Below are positions 48,014 through 61,704 of a DNA stretch of 64,000 nucleotides, piece by piece. Every line of letters starts with the position of its first letter. Positions within the stretch are counted from its first letter, which is position 1. Origin of the DNA: Azolla caroliniana (taxonomy: Eukaryota; Plantae; Polypodiophyta); assembly GCA_043228905.1 (NCBI GenBank), contig JBHGNT010000021.1, forward strand, positions 8,494,001 through 8,558,000, in the 5' to 3' direction. The notes below the pieces were generated by a model, which saw nothing but the letters and a program-made list of their open reading frames with translations, did not search any database and was not told the origin of the DNA. The position numbers were made by a program, and so were the translations under genes.

Positions 48014-48390
48014 TGTTGAGGGATGGGGGGTGGAGCCAAGAACGGCTCCACCCCCTTGCCAAGGGGGTTGAGCGTGAAGAAACTAGAGAGAAAGAGAAAG
48101 AGAGAAAGACAAAACAATGTTGAGAGGAAAACTAGTGTTCTCATTCATGTCCCCTATGGTGGGGTTATATAGGTACATTCCATGAGGGTTACAATCCAAG
48201 AACATCCAATGAGGGTTGTAAGTTAGTTACATAACCTTGTAACAACCTACCCACTTTACATATTAATATACTCACACTTATGTGCACATGTGCACATACA
48301 CTTACACATGACTTTTAATACAAAGACTTTACACTTATCTCGTACCATCACTTATACACTTATACATGTATAATCCCACAGATAACAAGA
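48014..48390. mobile_element. LTR-like segment of an unidentified family that truncates element F
   Basis: Starts TGTTG, has 'ttatataggt' TATA-like motif and ends near ..TAACA; no TSD or partner. Confidence 0.3.
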
Positions 48391-49310
48391 CTGTAAAAGT
48401 ACAGTTGCTGCTGAATGGTTCTTAACTTGGGGTTTAAAAGTACACCCGTATGGTATGTGACTCTATTATTCTATTGTTTGTATTATGTTATGTCAATTTA
48501 CATTTGGTTTAGAATTGGTGTAGGTCACAATTCATACTTCAAATTAGGAAAACAATGAATTAGTACTAGTGTCTCTCCAACAACTAATATGTGGAACTCT
48601 ATTAGAGATATGCCCTAATGTAAGCATATGATAAGGATAAAAGAATGATAGATAGAAAGGAGAGAGAGAAAGAAGGGTGTTGATCCACCCGACCACCCTC
48701 GAGCGAAGGGATCGAGATGGACTCGAGCCTCGATTGGCGTCCCATACCACTGTCGTGGCGTCGAGCCGTACCTGGTGCTGGCGTGCTCGCAACAAGAGTT
48801 GACCCACCACAAGAACAGAGTCTCGACGTAGTCAAAAGATGATGAAATGAGGGTAGCTAGCCCTCTTATTTATAAAGATACCCAAGGCCGCCAACCCAGG
48901 CAAGTTCACACTTGGCCTAATGGGTTGTCTCAATCCCGAGGATTAAAAGTAATCCTCCCCTTCTTTACACTCTCATCTAACCCTCACTCTTATCCACGTG
49001 TATAGAATACTACGGTAAATTCTCACTACGGGATATTATATCGTCATGCCCGTAACATACTCCCCCCCTCTTTAAAACATTGCACTCTTGCAACGGAAAG
49101 TTAGGGAAGTTAGTTTTGAGAGTATTTTCCCGTTCCCATGTGGCATCTTTTATTGATTTATCCATCTATTTTATTTTAAATTCTCGGATTTCTTTAGTAC
49201 GTAATTTTCTGGTTTTAACATCGAGATTTCTTTCTCATACCTGTGGTTTAGAAGATAAATCTTTAGAACTCACTTGAGTTTCAGTTGTAACGGTATTGTC
49301 ACCAGAACGT

Positions 49311-52300
49311 TGTTGTGGAGAAAACCGTCCCTAAGCGGAAACCGCGTATAACGTGCGTAAACCGGCCCTTACATGTGGGCACAAGTTTTGTTCTATAGTA
49401 CGTAGATAGGTACAAGTCGGCTGAGGTGAAATCCTAAGTAGCACGCATTCAGTAGGGAGAAAATCAAGGCATATTTTCGGACAGGGAATAAACATGATGT
49501 AACGGGTGGTAACGGCCTCCCTCCTTGGGCTATAAAAGACAGGGAGAGGTATTGAAAGGATAACTACGTTTGTGGAGGACGAAGTGCTGCCGGACTGGAA
49601 CCAAGCACTTTTCCTCTCCTCTGTCGTCTCCATAATCGTTCTGTGTAGGCTTCGGGAGGCCGACTTTGCTCTGCCGGACGCCCGAGTTCTCCCGGCAGAG
49701 CCTCCATCTCGCGTTCTGTGTGTGTGTGTGTGTGTGTGCGTGTGCGTGCGCGTAGGCATCGGAACCCATCACTCGTCGGCTTGCTGGTTGTAACACGTTG
49801 ATTTATATATACATATACATTGGTTCTGTCTCCATCTCGTGTTCTGTAGCTAGTTGCAATTCCTGTGATTCTGTGGATCTGTGCGCGTGCAAATTACATC
49901 GCTACTTTCCTTCCCCTCCCCTCATTCGGTTATTTCTCGGTTCGAGGCCCTGGTGGTCCCACCTCGTTCTCCACACACATGCATAACAACTCGACATATT
50001 TGGTGAACCCGACGTGAACAGGCGGTAGAGGAATAGAAAGATGAGAGGGTCGGATCTTGTAGAAGCCATGGCTTCGGCTGTGGATCGAATAGTGAGTGTG
50101 CGTGAAGGCACATGCGCCCTTGATAGGGCTATTGAAGCGGTCATTGGCACGATAGGCTGGTTCGGGGGCAAGGACGCCACGAGCTATTTGGAGACCTACC
50201 GAGCTGAAATGGTGATGAGGGACATCCCGCAGGATAGACGACTGGCCGGATTCCCTCGGGTGGCGATGCCGGGCATCCACGCGGAGGTGCTTGAGGTACG
50301 GGGTAAGAGTCGAACTTGGGAGGAGTTCGAAGGTCGGCTCCTTGAAAAATACGGCCTTGATGACGCGCTTCGGTTGTCGAAGCAGGACTTCACGGAATGG
50401 GTGGAGACCCCCGAAAAGGGGAGAAACGCGTCGGTGCTCCTTCGGGAGTTTGAAGAACGCTTCGCACAACTTTCGGCGCTGGACCGGACCGTGCTGGAAC
50501 GCAAGGGACCGGGAGCAAGTGGGCTTCTTGCTAGAGACCGATGACAGCCTAACAACTGATTGGGCCGTGGTAAAGAGATTCTGCGGCCGTTTTGACAAAC
50601 GGCGTGAGTGGGTCGATAAAGGCTTGATGGGGGCGGGTTCTGTTGCGACAAGGAAGGTCGAGGTACCCCCACTAGCATGAAGGGAAGAGACCCGAGATTG
50701 GCTCGAGCCCGGCTCGACTTCAACCGGCATGGTCAAAGGCTCGTCCGGAGGAGCGGCTCTGGAGGAGCTGACTCAGATGGTGTGGGACCTCCAGATTGCG
50801 CAAGCACGGAAGGACGACGACGAACAAGTCCGTGACCGAAGGCCTCCGACTGGGAGCCGGTGCTTGTGGTGTGATGTGGTCGGCCACGCCCGAAAGGACT
50901 GCGGGGACTTCGCCGAAGCGATAAGAGCTAACGTGGTGTACCTATGGAACGGTCGGGTGCACGCTAGCGAGACCCGGAGGGCCCTGGATCTGAATGTCGG
51001 ACAAGGGGGTATGAAATGACTGATGGAAGAAGCGGCGGCTCGTCACGCCGGGACCATCCACTACTCGGCGTTGGCTGGAATCTGGGTCGGAAGCGATGAA
51101 GACCGGAAGACTAAGGAAGCTGGATTCTGGTCGGTGATGCTGGAAGGCCTCGCCGGCGTAAGGCTGAAGAAAGAGGAAGCGAACCGCGCGGAAAGATGGG
51201 TCTGGGAGGTAATTGGGTGGAGTGAGAAGAGAAAATGGGCTCCGTGAAAGCCGCGTGCCAGAACTACGAGGTTCTGCTGGAAGACAAACGAGCGGGAAAG
51301 ACCGGGGGGGCCGGACCCTCACCACGGTATGAGACCTGGTTCGGGCCGAAGCAGAGTGATGTCGGTGCATCCGGCGCACTAGACAAGGCCAAGAAGGCTG
51401 GTTATCGGTTGAGTACGAATATCGAAAGGACCATGGACCTATGAAAGGTCCTGGAGGAACGGATCCTCGACAGCAAAGTGGAGCTGTTGCTAAGGGAAGT
51501 GCTCGGTATCGCCAAGAAGGGGTTCCACGACTCCATCGTAGACTTGGTGAAGCGGAAAAGGCTTTCAACGGAGCCGGAGCTAGAGAAGCCGGTGGAGGTG
51601 TGAACGACGCACTTAGAAGACATGGCCCTGGAGGACAAATTGGCGGAAATCCACTACTCGAGGCTACATTGGGCTAGGGCCACTACGGAAACCCCTGTTC
51701 AGATCGGGGACGTCCAGGAGCCGGTGGTGGCGTTGGTAGACCACAGTTCGGAGATCAACTTGATTTCCATGGACTTCGACAAGAAGGGAAAGTGGCCGAT
51801 CAAAACCAAGCACGGGTGGATTATACGGGCAGCAACGCGCACCACGGAGGAGCTACACGGAGCCTGCCCGAATGTACGAGTGAAAATCGGCGATGTCGAG
51901 ATCGACCAACACTTCTTCGTGAAGGAGACGTCCTCGCATCCGGTGATACTCTGAGAACCGTACATCACGGCGGCGCGCATGGAGACAAAGGTGCTGGACA
52001 ACGGGTCGGCATATGCACGAGTGAAGAGCCAAGATGGGCGTCACTTGGTTCAGTTCCTAACGGTGCGACCGAACCTTGAGCATAATCGCGAGACCCTCGG
52101 TGCTGAAAACCGAGGGGATTTTTAGAGAGGGCTATTAAGGAGTGGGGCCGCGATAGTCCGGACACTGTGGAAAAACCCCACAGATGAACTATAGGCGAAA
52201 AGACCTGTACCATAGGAAGAAAATTTTGGTTCTTCGATAGCAGAGGTTGTACGATAGTCGGCGTAGTTGGCTGGGAAAAGAAGCGGGCGGAGGAGCGACT

Positions 52301-55300
52301 TCGGGCATGGGGGGTCCTCAGCCTTGAAGATGAAATCAACGGAGCCATGGAGGCAGTCTCTTTCAACGACACCTTGGGGAAGTTACGGGAGGTGTTTAGA
52401 GAAGGCCTTAATGAGGACTGGACGATTCCGGTATGTTCGGAAAAGATGTACGAAGTCATCACCGACTTCGGTAGTGGACTCGAGTCGAATCGGACGGCCC
52501 GAGTGGGTACGAAGTACAAGACTGTAGACCGGAAGGTGAGGCCAATCGCGGCACCCTTGCCGGAGGACAGTGAGTTACGGATCAAGGGGGTCGCGTCGAA
52601 CCCAAGTTTACGAGATCCGGCCAGCATGGGACACATGTTCACCGACATAACGCTACGGGAGCTCAAGATAGGTGGGGGTGGTTTTCTACTGGCAACGGAA
52701 GAGGACCGGTTTCAGAGAATGCTCGGGAGGCACGGGAAGGCTTTCGCATTCTCACCGGAGGAGATCTGGTGTGTAGACCCGAAAGTTGTGGAACCAATGG
52801 TGATCTTCACGGTACCGCATGTGCCGTGGAATCTCAAACCAATTCCGGTACCCAGAGCTCACATCCCGAAGCTAATGGAACTACTGAAACAGAACGTGGA
52901 GATGGGCATCCTTGAACTATCGAGTGCCCCATATTCGAATCGGTGGTTTACCGTGCTGAAGAGGAACGACACACTGCGCTTCATACAAGACCTGCAACCG
53001 GTCAACAAGGTGACCATTCGTAACGTAGGTATCAGACCGACCATCGATGAGTTCGTGGAGGCCTACGCAGGGAGGTCGATCTACTCGGTGGGGGACCTGT
53101 ACTCAGGGTACAATCAGTTCCAGCTAGCCATAGAGAGCAGGGATGTCACAACGATGCGAACTCCTTTCGGCCTAGTTCGGATGTGTACCCTGCCACAAGG
53201 AAGAACGAACTCGGTGGCGCACATGGTGCATGCGATGAACAAGGTGTTGAGGGACTACATCCCGGACATCACCATGCCGTTTCTTGACGACATCCTGATC
53301 AAAGCGAGTCCGGTGGAGGACAAGGACGAGTCGGTCAGGCCCGACGGTTGCCGGAGGTTCGTGGCGGATCACATCCGCGACTGCGAGAAGGTGCTACAAA
53401 GACTCGAGAGTGCGCGACTCACCTTCTCAAGAGAAAAATCAGCCTTCGGACAGCCGGAGCTCCTGGTAGTCGGACACCTGTGCGGGCCTTTCGGCCGAAA
53501 GCCGTCCTCGGCAAAGGTAGAAGCCATTTCCGTGATGAAAGATGATTGTGGGTCGGTCACCGAGGTGTGAAGGATCCTTGGGGCATGTGCGTTCTATCAC
53601 ATCTGGATTCCGCACTACGCGCATGTCGCGGAACCGCTTTAGGGGTTGCTGAAGAAAGGGCGTAAATTCGAGTGGAGAGACGAGCACACGGAGTCGGTCC
53701 GGAGACTGAAGGAGGCGCTCGTCGCGGCACCGGCTCTCTGGAAAGCGGTTTACGGTAAGGAAGTCCCCATTTACGTGACGGTGGACACGAGCCCGACCGG
53801 GATCGGGTGGGTGATCAACCAGGAAGACGAAGACGGCGTACAGTTCCCGAACCGGTTCGGGGCAAAGGTACTGAGCGAGCGGCAGCGAGGATACACCCAA
53901 ATCAAGCGCGAACTATGGGGTATCGTTTCAGCAATTAAGGCTGACAAGGACTATCTGATCGGGACGGAAGTGATCATCGAGACTGACTGCCTACCAATTC
54001 TAGGTATGGTTTCCAGATGTGTGACTCCGGACCTGGCAATGCTCAGGTGGATCGTGTACATCAAGTCCCTAAACCCGGAGATACGGCACATCTCCGAAAA
54101 GGATAACGCCATGGCCGATATGCTTTCAAGGGCGAGGTTCAACGACGAGGACGGCATGGTTTCAGATAACGAAGAAGTTGGCGATGACTTCTTCAGGTCA
54201 GCTAACGTAACAACAAGAAAGGGGAGCACTCCGACGCTTAACGAATTCGACGAGAGCAAGTACGACGGAAAGTGGCTCCAGATTGGCAGGTTCCTGAAGA
54301 CAATGACACCGGATGTGGCGTGGACGAAGGAAGAGGCCAACCGAATTCGGAAGAAAGTGTACCGATTCTTCCTACGGGACAGGAGCATATGGAAGCACCC
54401 CAAGAAGAGAAACGTCATCCCGCTCCGAGTGGTGGAGAAGAAAGAGGAACAGGAAGAATTGTTGACGGCGTACCACGAGAGTCCCTGGGCCGGACACCGC
54501 AGGACGTGGGCCACATTCGAGAAGCTAAAGGGGAAGTACTGGTGGCCGGGACTATACCGGGACGTGCATCGGTTTGTGACGACTTGCGAAAGCTATCAGG
54601 TGCACTCCATAGTTTGACATCGGGACAAGCTTCACCCGACCTACCCTTCGATCGGTCACTTCAAGTGGATGGTGGATCTGGTGACGATGCTGATGAGGGT
54701 AGGGCAGATGCGGTATCTGGTGCTGGCTCGGGAGGACCTGACGAACCAGCTGGAAGGCCGTTGTTGTAGAACAAAACGATTGCAGCCGTGTGCTGATTTT
54801 TTATCGAAGAAGTGGTATGCCGGTATTGGTGCGTAGGTAAGATCGTGGCCGACCGCGGGGAATTGGACGCGCAAGAGGCGGAAGAGTTGTTTGACCGGCT
54901 AGGAACTAAACTCTTGCTCACCACGACGTACAATCCGGAGGCGAACAGGAAGGTGGAGCACAGACACAAGCCAATCGTCAAAGCGTTAGTACAGGCGTGT
55001 GGAGGGCAAGTCGAGAATTGGCCGCGGCTCTTACCTTACGCGTTGTGGGCGGACCGAACTACGCATAGTTTGGTAACCGGGTTCATGCCGGCAGAGCTAA
55101 TGTATGGGTAGAAGCCGATCATGCCAATGGAGCAGACAATCTCCTCATGGGCCATGGTGGGCTGGAAAGACGAGATGAGCCAGGAGGAGCTATTAGCAGC
55201 ACGGATTCGGCAACTGGAGCGAAGATCGGAGGACGTGGACCGAGCCGCGGAGAAGTTGCAGAGGGCGAGGGTAAAGAACAAAGGACAGTTCGACCAGATT

Positions 55301-56374
55301 CACTGACTGAGACCAAAGAAGATCGAGGAAGGCGACTGGGTGTACGACAACAACCTCGATAACCAGCATAGGGCAATGCGGAAGTTTGCAAGAAGGTGGT
55401 TCGAGCCTTATGTGGTGACAAGCACCAACGACAATGGGACCTACCATCTCGCGGAGCTCGACGGGACGAGGATGCCGGTACCGGTGGCGGGGAAGAGGAT
55501 CAACACATTCAAAAAGTGGCACGAGGCTGAACCGGACCTGGACGACCTGGATGGCGACAACGACCGACACACAACGGATGTCGATACAGAGGATGAAGGG
55601 TGAGCGTGGGCCGGTCTTCTCCAGCCAGAGTCTAATTTTGGCACATACCGGTGGATGCGGGGTTAGGTGGGGGCGGATGTCGTGGAGAAAACCATCCCTA
55701 AGCGGAAACCGTGTATAACGTGCGTAAACCGGCCCTTACACGTGGGCACAAGTTTTGTTTGTATAGTACGTAGATAGGTACAAGTCGGCTGAGGTGAAAT
55801 CCTAAGTAGCACGCATTCAGTAGGGAGAAAATCAAGGCGTATCCCTGTCCGAAAGGACAGGGAATAAACATGATGTAATAGGTGGTAACGGCCTCCCTCC
55901 TTGGGCTATAAAAGAGAGGGAGAGGTATTGAAAGGATAACTACGTTTGTGCAGGATGAAGTGTTGCCGGACTGGAACCGAGCGCTTCTCCTCTCCTCTGT
56001 CGTCTCCATAATCGTTCTATGCAGGTTTCAGGAGGCTGACTCTGCTCCACTGGACGCCCGAGTGCTCCCGGCAGAGCCTCCATCTCGCATTCCATGTGTG
56101 TGTGTGTGTGTGTGTTTGTGTGCGTGCGCGCAGGCGTCGGAGCCCATCACTCGCCGGCTTGCCGGTTGTAACACCTTGATTTATATATACATAAACATTG
56201 GTTTTGTCTCCATCTCGTGTTCTGTAGCTAGTTGCAATTCCTGTGATTCTGTGGGTCTGTGCGCGTGCGAATTACATCGCTAGTTTCCTTCCCCTCCCCT
56301 CATTCGGTTATTTCTCGGTCCGAGGCCCCAGTGGTCCCGCCTCGTTCTGCACGCACGCGCATAACAACTCGACA
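49311..56374 (+). mobile_element. Full-length decayed Gypsy G4, same lineage as G1
   Basis: LTRs 49311-49996 and 55678-56374 with (TG)n; 4-bp TSD ACGT at 49307-49310 and 56375-56378; Trp PBS 50001-50018; PPT 55666-55677. Confidence 0.95.
50041..55603 (+). pseudogene. G4 gag-PR and pol, many stops and frameshifts
   Basis: Fragments are homologous to G1 proteins (WARATTETPV, WNLKPIPVPRAHIPK, FLDDI, VDTSPTGIGW, YALWADRTTHS). Confidence 0.92.
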
Positions 56375-59029
56375 ACGTAGAAGTTCTTTTAGAAAACTCA
56401 CATGAAAAACTGGGTGAATTTCAACACCATCGAGAAGAGCGAGACAATAGGCTGATGACCTAATGCGTTTGAGGACTGTAAAAGGTCCACAAAACCGTGG
56501 GGCTAACTTAGCGCACTTACCCTTAGACAACGTCTTAGAATTGTGAGGTACACGTAAAATTACCTTCTATCCAGGGTTGAATACACGAGGTTGCCAGTAT
56601 GATGATCGACATAAAAACACGCTCTATCTTGAGTTGTTTTTATATTATCTCGTGCAATATGCAACATATCTTGCATATCCCGAAGAAAGTTTTGCGTACT
56701 TCGCAACTCATCATGATTTATATTAACATCAATCGGGGCTCTTGGCTGAAAACCATACATCAACATAAAAAGACAATATCCCGTCGACGTATGCTGGAAC
56801 TGTTATAAGCAAACTCCAAAATTGGGAGATAACGTTCCCATTTTGTTGGTTTTGTACCAACATATGCTCGAAGCATGTCCTCAATAATTTGATTTACTCG
56901 TTCTGTTTGTCCATCACATTGAGGATGATCCGTGGAGCTCATGCTCAATGTAGTTTTTAACTTCTTAAAGACTTGCGTCCAGAAGTCACTAGTAAATTTT
57001 GGATCTTGATCACTCACAATATCCATCGGTAATCCATAAAAATGAAATAACTCGTCAACGAAATGGTAAGCCAATTCAGGAGCTGTTACCATGGTTTTAG
57101 TAGCAATAAATCTGACCATTTTAGTTAGTCTATCAACCACAACCCAGATGGCATCATGGCCTTTTTGGGTGCGAGGAAGGCTAACAATAAAATCCATGGA
57201 TATACTTTCCCAATAAACCCAACCTTTCCATAAAGATAATGGCGCCATGTTTTGAGCGCATGTATAACTACAAATAATTCCTTTTCGTGAACGGTATACC
57301 GACATTGAGCAGAATCAAGTTTCTTACTCTCGAATGCTATTGGTTTACCATCTTGATATAAGATAGCACCTATAGCATAATCGCTTGCATCGGTTTCAAC
57401 CTCAAAAGGTTTTGAAGGATCGGGTAAAAGAAGTGAAGGAACCTTGCACACCAGGTCCTTCAGTTCCTTAAAGGCGAGGTCTAGTGTAGCATTCCAGACA
57501 ATAGGTTTTGTAGACTTACGCGTTTGACCTTTTAGAATATCAGTAAACGACGTCGTCAATTGGGAGTAATTACGAAGGGATTTTCGCAAAAAATCGACGA
57601 AACCAAGGAATGATCGAACTTCGCGAATATTTCGAAGAGTGGGCCAAAGCTTGATTTTCTCGATGCGAGAAGGATCAATTTCAACTTCTCGTTCGGTTAT
57701 GAGATGTCCAAGATAAGTAATTGATCTCACATTTTGAAATCTTCGCATAAAACTATTTGTCATGCAATGTTTGTAAAACAAAGCGAACATGTTTAGCATG
57801 TTCTTGTAATGTACGGCTATAAACTAAAATATCATCCAAGAAAATAACGACAAATTTTCGAAGTTGTTCTCGAAAAATGTCATTCATTTCTTGTTGAAAT
57901 GTAGCCGGAGCATTGGTCAAACCAAAAGGCATAACCAAAAACTCATAATGGCCATAGCGCGCACGAAATGTCGTTTTAGGAACATCGTCCTCACTTATAC
58001 GAATTTGATGGTATCCAGTACGGAGATCAAGTTTCGTAAAATACCGAGCTCCCTGGAGACGATCAATTAGATCGTTAGCCCGGGCCAATGGATACGAATT
58101 CTTGATCGTCACTTTATTCAAGCGTTGGTAATTAATACACATACGCCATGTGCCCTCTTTCTTTTTAACCAAGAGAACTGGTGCACCCCATGGAGATTTA
58201 CTATAACCCATTCGTAAATAGTCTTTGAGTTGCTTAGATACCTCATCCTCTTCGGATCGACGTAAGTGATAAGGAGGTATACTTATTGGTGCAATGCCAG
58301 GTACAATATCTATATGATGGTCTATATTACGTTTAGGAGGTAACCCATCTGATAGTTCACTCGGAAAAACATCACGAAAATCATTTAAGATTTCATTAAG
58401 TTGTTGTTGCTCAAAATATGTTAATTGAACCAAGACATCATCGATATTGTAAACGTGAATGTCCGGATCAAGTACACAATAAAATAGAGTAGAACAATAC
58501 AACTCGGATATTGATGGAGAGGAAACAATTGAGAGGGATTGTTTTTTTACACATTAAATAAAATGAGTACAATCGTTTAGTACAAAAGTTATTGAATGAT
58601 GAACCCAATCAATAGATAAAGAAGAGTTTTTATTATAGAACCAGGGATAACCCAGTATTACATCAGTGGTACAAAGATTCATTACATGGAAGTCTACTTC
58701 CTCTATATAAGTATCAATAGAAAGTTGTAATGAATGAATCGCCCCGTTGATGTATTGTACTCTTCCTTCAACCAAGTGCACCGTATAGGCGTGATCACTT
58801 ACGGTGGGTTGGATTCCCCATATCTGAACCAAACGATCATTCACAAAGTTGTTTGAGCTTCCCGAATCAAACAAAAATTGTACTGGAGATCCATTGATTT
58901 ACCTGTGTGCACATAGTAAATCATTGGGACCCAATACATAGTGAGGGAAAGAACATTGACAATTACTTAAATGATGTGTATAAACCTGAAGGACATTAGG
59001 AATCTGACCTTTACCGGATCATCATCAAG

Positions 59030-59899
59030 ATTACTCGACCGTGCGACAAGTTGGATTATCGACGACTCGGTCCTTTAAGTATTACCAGTAAGGTTAATGA
59101 TGTCACATTCCACCTTGATCTACCTCCGCATCTTCAGATACATCCGGTCTTCCATAGTTCTCTTCTTGAACCTTATAAAGCAAACACAATCGCCCCCCCC
59201 CCCCCCCCCCCCCCTTGAGTATGAAGTTGCTGCCGTCCTCGACTCCAAATTTTTTTGCAACAAACTTTATTATTTGGTCGATTGGTTTGGCTATAGTCCG
59301 AGCAAACGTACTTGGGAACCCGTCGAGCATGTCGCCAATGCTCAGGATCTTCTTGTTGATTTCCACTGATAGTATCCAGACAAACCCGGTCCTCAATCAA
59401 CGCTGACTCGTTACACTCATCATCTTAAGGAGGGGATAGTGTCATGATGTGGCAAAACTCGAACCCCATGATCTTATGTTATATGGGTCGAGCTCTTAAC
59501 CACCATACCATCTATTGTAATACATAAGATATTATTTTCATTTAAGTTTTATTATAGGAAATTAATGTATATTCCAGATTTCTCTAGAACATTCTAGAAG
59601 CTTCAGGACTCCTCCTGAGAACACTATAAAAGGAGGCACAAGGCATTATATTGAACCAAATTGGTTCAACGCCAGTCTTAAGCCTCATAGTCATTTTGTA
59701 CTTACTCTTCATATAATATATCATTTGTTATCATCATCATCTCTCTCTCTCTCTCTCTCTCGTCCCCCCCCCCCCCTCTCTTTCTCTCCTCTTCTCTCTC
59801 CCTCTTTCGGGAGTCTTACACAGTCCCATCCTCTTAGTACTAATAGTACTTCCCTTCTCCAATACTAATTCTCTCTCTGTTTTAATGCTATTCTTGAAA
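59030..59899 (+). mobile_element. Tcn1-family 3' remnant: IN end, chromodomain, PPT and 3' LTR (59440-59899)
   Basis: Reverse-complement match to 29484-30360. Confidence 0.88.
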
Positions 59900-60135
59900 T
59901 CTACCATTGATAAATTAGCTATGCAAAAAGCTACCATCGAAAATAGTAGAGAGTTTTAATTATATAAATGAACACCATAAATGTGCAACATAAACGTGCA
60001 ACATAAATTGATATGTGCACCATAAATTATATACCGAATTCTTAGGTCCATTATGCATGATCCTTTGCCACATCACGTGTGCCATCTTTGGTTGAGTATT
60101 CTGGCTTAGATTACTACCATTGTTGCTAAACCCTA

Positions 60136-60750
60136 TTGAGTCCACTCCTCCATTGTTGCCATTCTACACTCAGTTACCGACACAATGTGGTCCAAGTATC
60201 ATCTACCACTTTTCGATCCGACGGAGTTAACTCCGTCTCCACTGCCGCCATTCTACTCTCAGTGACCATCATTGTGCGTTCCAAGCATCATCTGCCATTG
60301 CTCGATCTGACGGAGTTCACTCCTCCATTGCCATCATTCTACACTTAGTTGCCGCTACTATTTGGTGACCGGTCCTGGATTGCTGCCACTTTTCGATTTC
60401 ACGGAGTTCACTCATCCATTGCCATCATTCTACACTTAGTTGTTGCTACTGTTCGGTGGTGTATTGCTGCCACTTTTCAATCCAAAGGAGTTCACTCCTT
60501 CTCCACTACTGCCATTCTACTCTCATTTGTTGTCATTATGCGTTCCAAGCATCATCTGCCACTGTTCGATCCGACGGAATTCACTCCTCCATTGCCATCA
60601 TTCTACACTCAGTTTCCGCCATTGTTCGGTCTTGGATTGTCAAAATTGTTCGATCAAATAGAGTTCACTCCTCCACTGCCGCCATTCTACGCTCAGTTGC
60701 TGCCACTATTCGGCCCTGGATTACCGCCACTGTTCGGTCATGGATTTGAA
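60136..60750. repeat. Tandem repeat of ~80-95-bp units with core 'gacggagttcactcctccattgccatcattctacactcagtt'
   Basis: About seven degenerate copies of the core. Confidence 0.8.
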
Positions 60751-60898
60751 TAATTCTTCTGTCTATTGATTATCTTGTGTATTGTTGTGTATAATCTTTT
60801 GTATTGCGGAATATTTTTGTGTATTGTTGTTGCCCATAGCCATCATTAATACGTGTCTTTTTTTCGGGAAAATTAGGGTTTAAACCCGTCGAGCCAAA

Positions 60899-61665
60899 TG
60901 GAAGGGGAAGGAGGGTGTTTAGAATTACCCCTCAATGATCATCAAGATAGGGATGACGCTATCAAGACACGACAAGCAATACGGAAGTTTTGAGCAGAAA
61001 AAAAAAGAAAACATCGTCAATTGTTGAAGGATACAAAAGCCACACTCACTAAAGGTAAAGATAGTATTGGTTGCAATATAGGTGACTCTAACTATCACTG
61101 AGAATGGAAGTAATGAGACTACTATCATAGAAAGAAAGGTTGTAGACTATTTCAATGTTCAAACCAAGCACATCTGCAATGAAGACAAGAAGGTAGTACT
61201 TTATGGAATATTAAATGATCCATCGATAAAGGAGTTAGTTGATTGTGATGGTGTTAATCCAAACAGAACATCTGTACTAGTAAATAATCTCCGCAATAGT
61301 TTCGTATCCATGAGTGGGTCAAAAGATGATCTTTGTCTTAAAAAGGTCTAGTCTAATGATGTTACTTAATAGTGATGTTGACGATATTAACATCAGTGTG
61401 CTATCTAAGGTAATTGGTGTTAGTAGAAAAAGTGTGTACAATACATTGAACCGGATAGTTTCCTCTGGTGAAGGAACTAGTCTGCTAAAGCTAACAACAA
61501 GATGTAAGATAATGACACCCATAACATCAGAAATCAAGGATATAATCACAATATTTTGGACTAATGAGAGTAGGGTTTCACCCAATACGAAGGATTTATG
61601 CAGGAAACGTGTTGGACGGAGTCAATACGAGGAGCGTCCCATTCATCTTCTTGATGTACCTCGAG
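60899..61665 (+). pseudogene. Disrupted ORF with an HTH-like segment, possibly a DNA-transposon protein exon
   Basis: INISVLSKVIGVSRKSVYN (HTH-like), then FWTNESRVSPNTKD..RKRVG; possible GT donor at ~61665; telo-box TTAGGGTTT at ~60873. Confidence 0.3.
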
Positions 61666-61704
61666 TATTTACATTTATCTCAACATTTGTTTTAACTTTT
61701 GAGC

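Larger units (their letters stand above)
48619..58990 (-). mobile_element. 5'-truncated chromovirus H (PR-RT-RH-IN-chromodomain-PPT-3' LTR ~48619-49057), split by G4
   Basis: FDSGSSN (58554-58874), RT FLDDILV, RH TDASDYAIG, IN SMDFI..ERVNQ, IHPVFHVS|chromodomain DATWERE at 49080-49310; PPT 49058-49073. Internal deletion between RH and the IN core. Confidence 0.85.

Noticed and set aside
60136-60750. Second CRISPR-like array and its ORFs
   Set aside because: Degenerate tandem repeat; the repetitive peptides are by-products.
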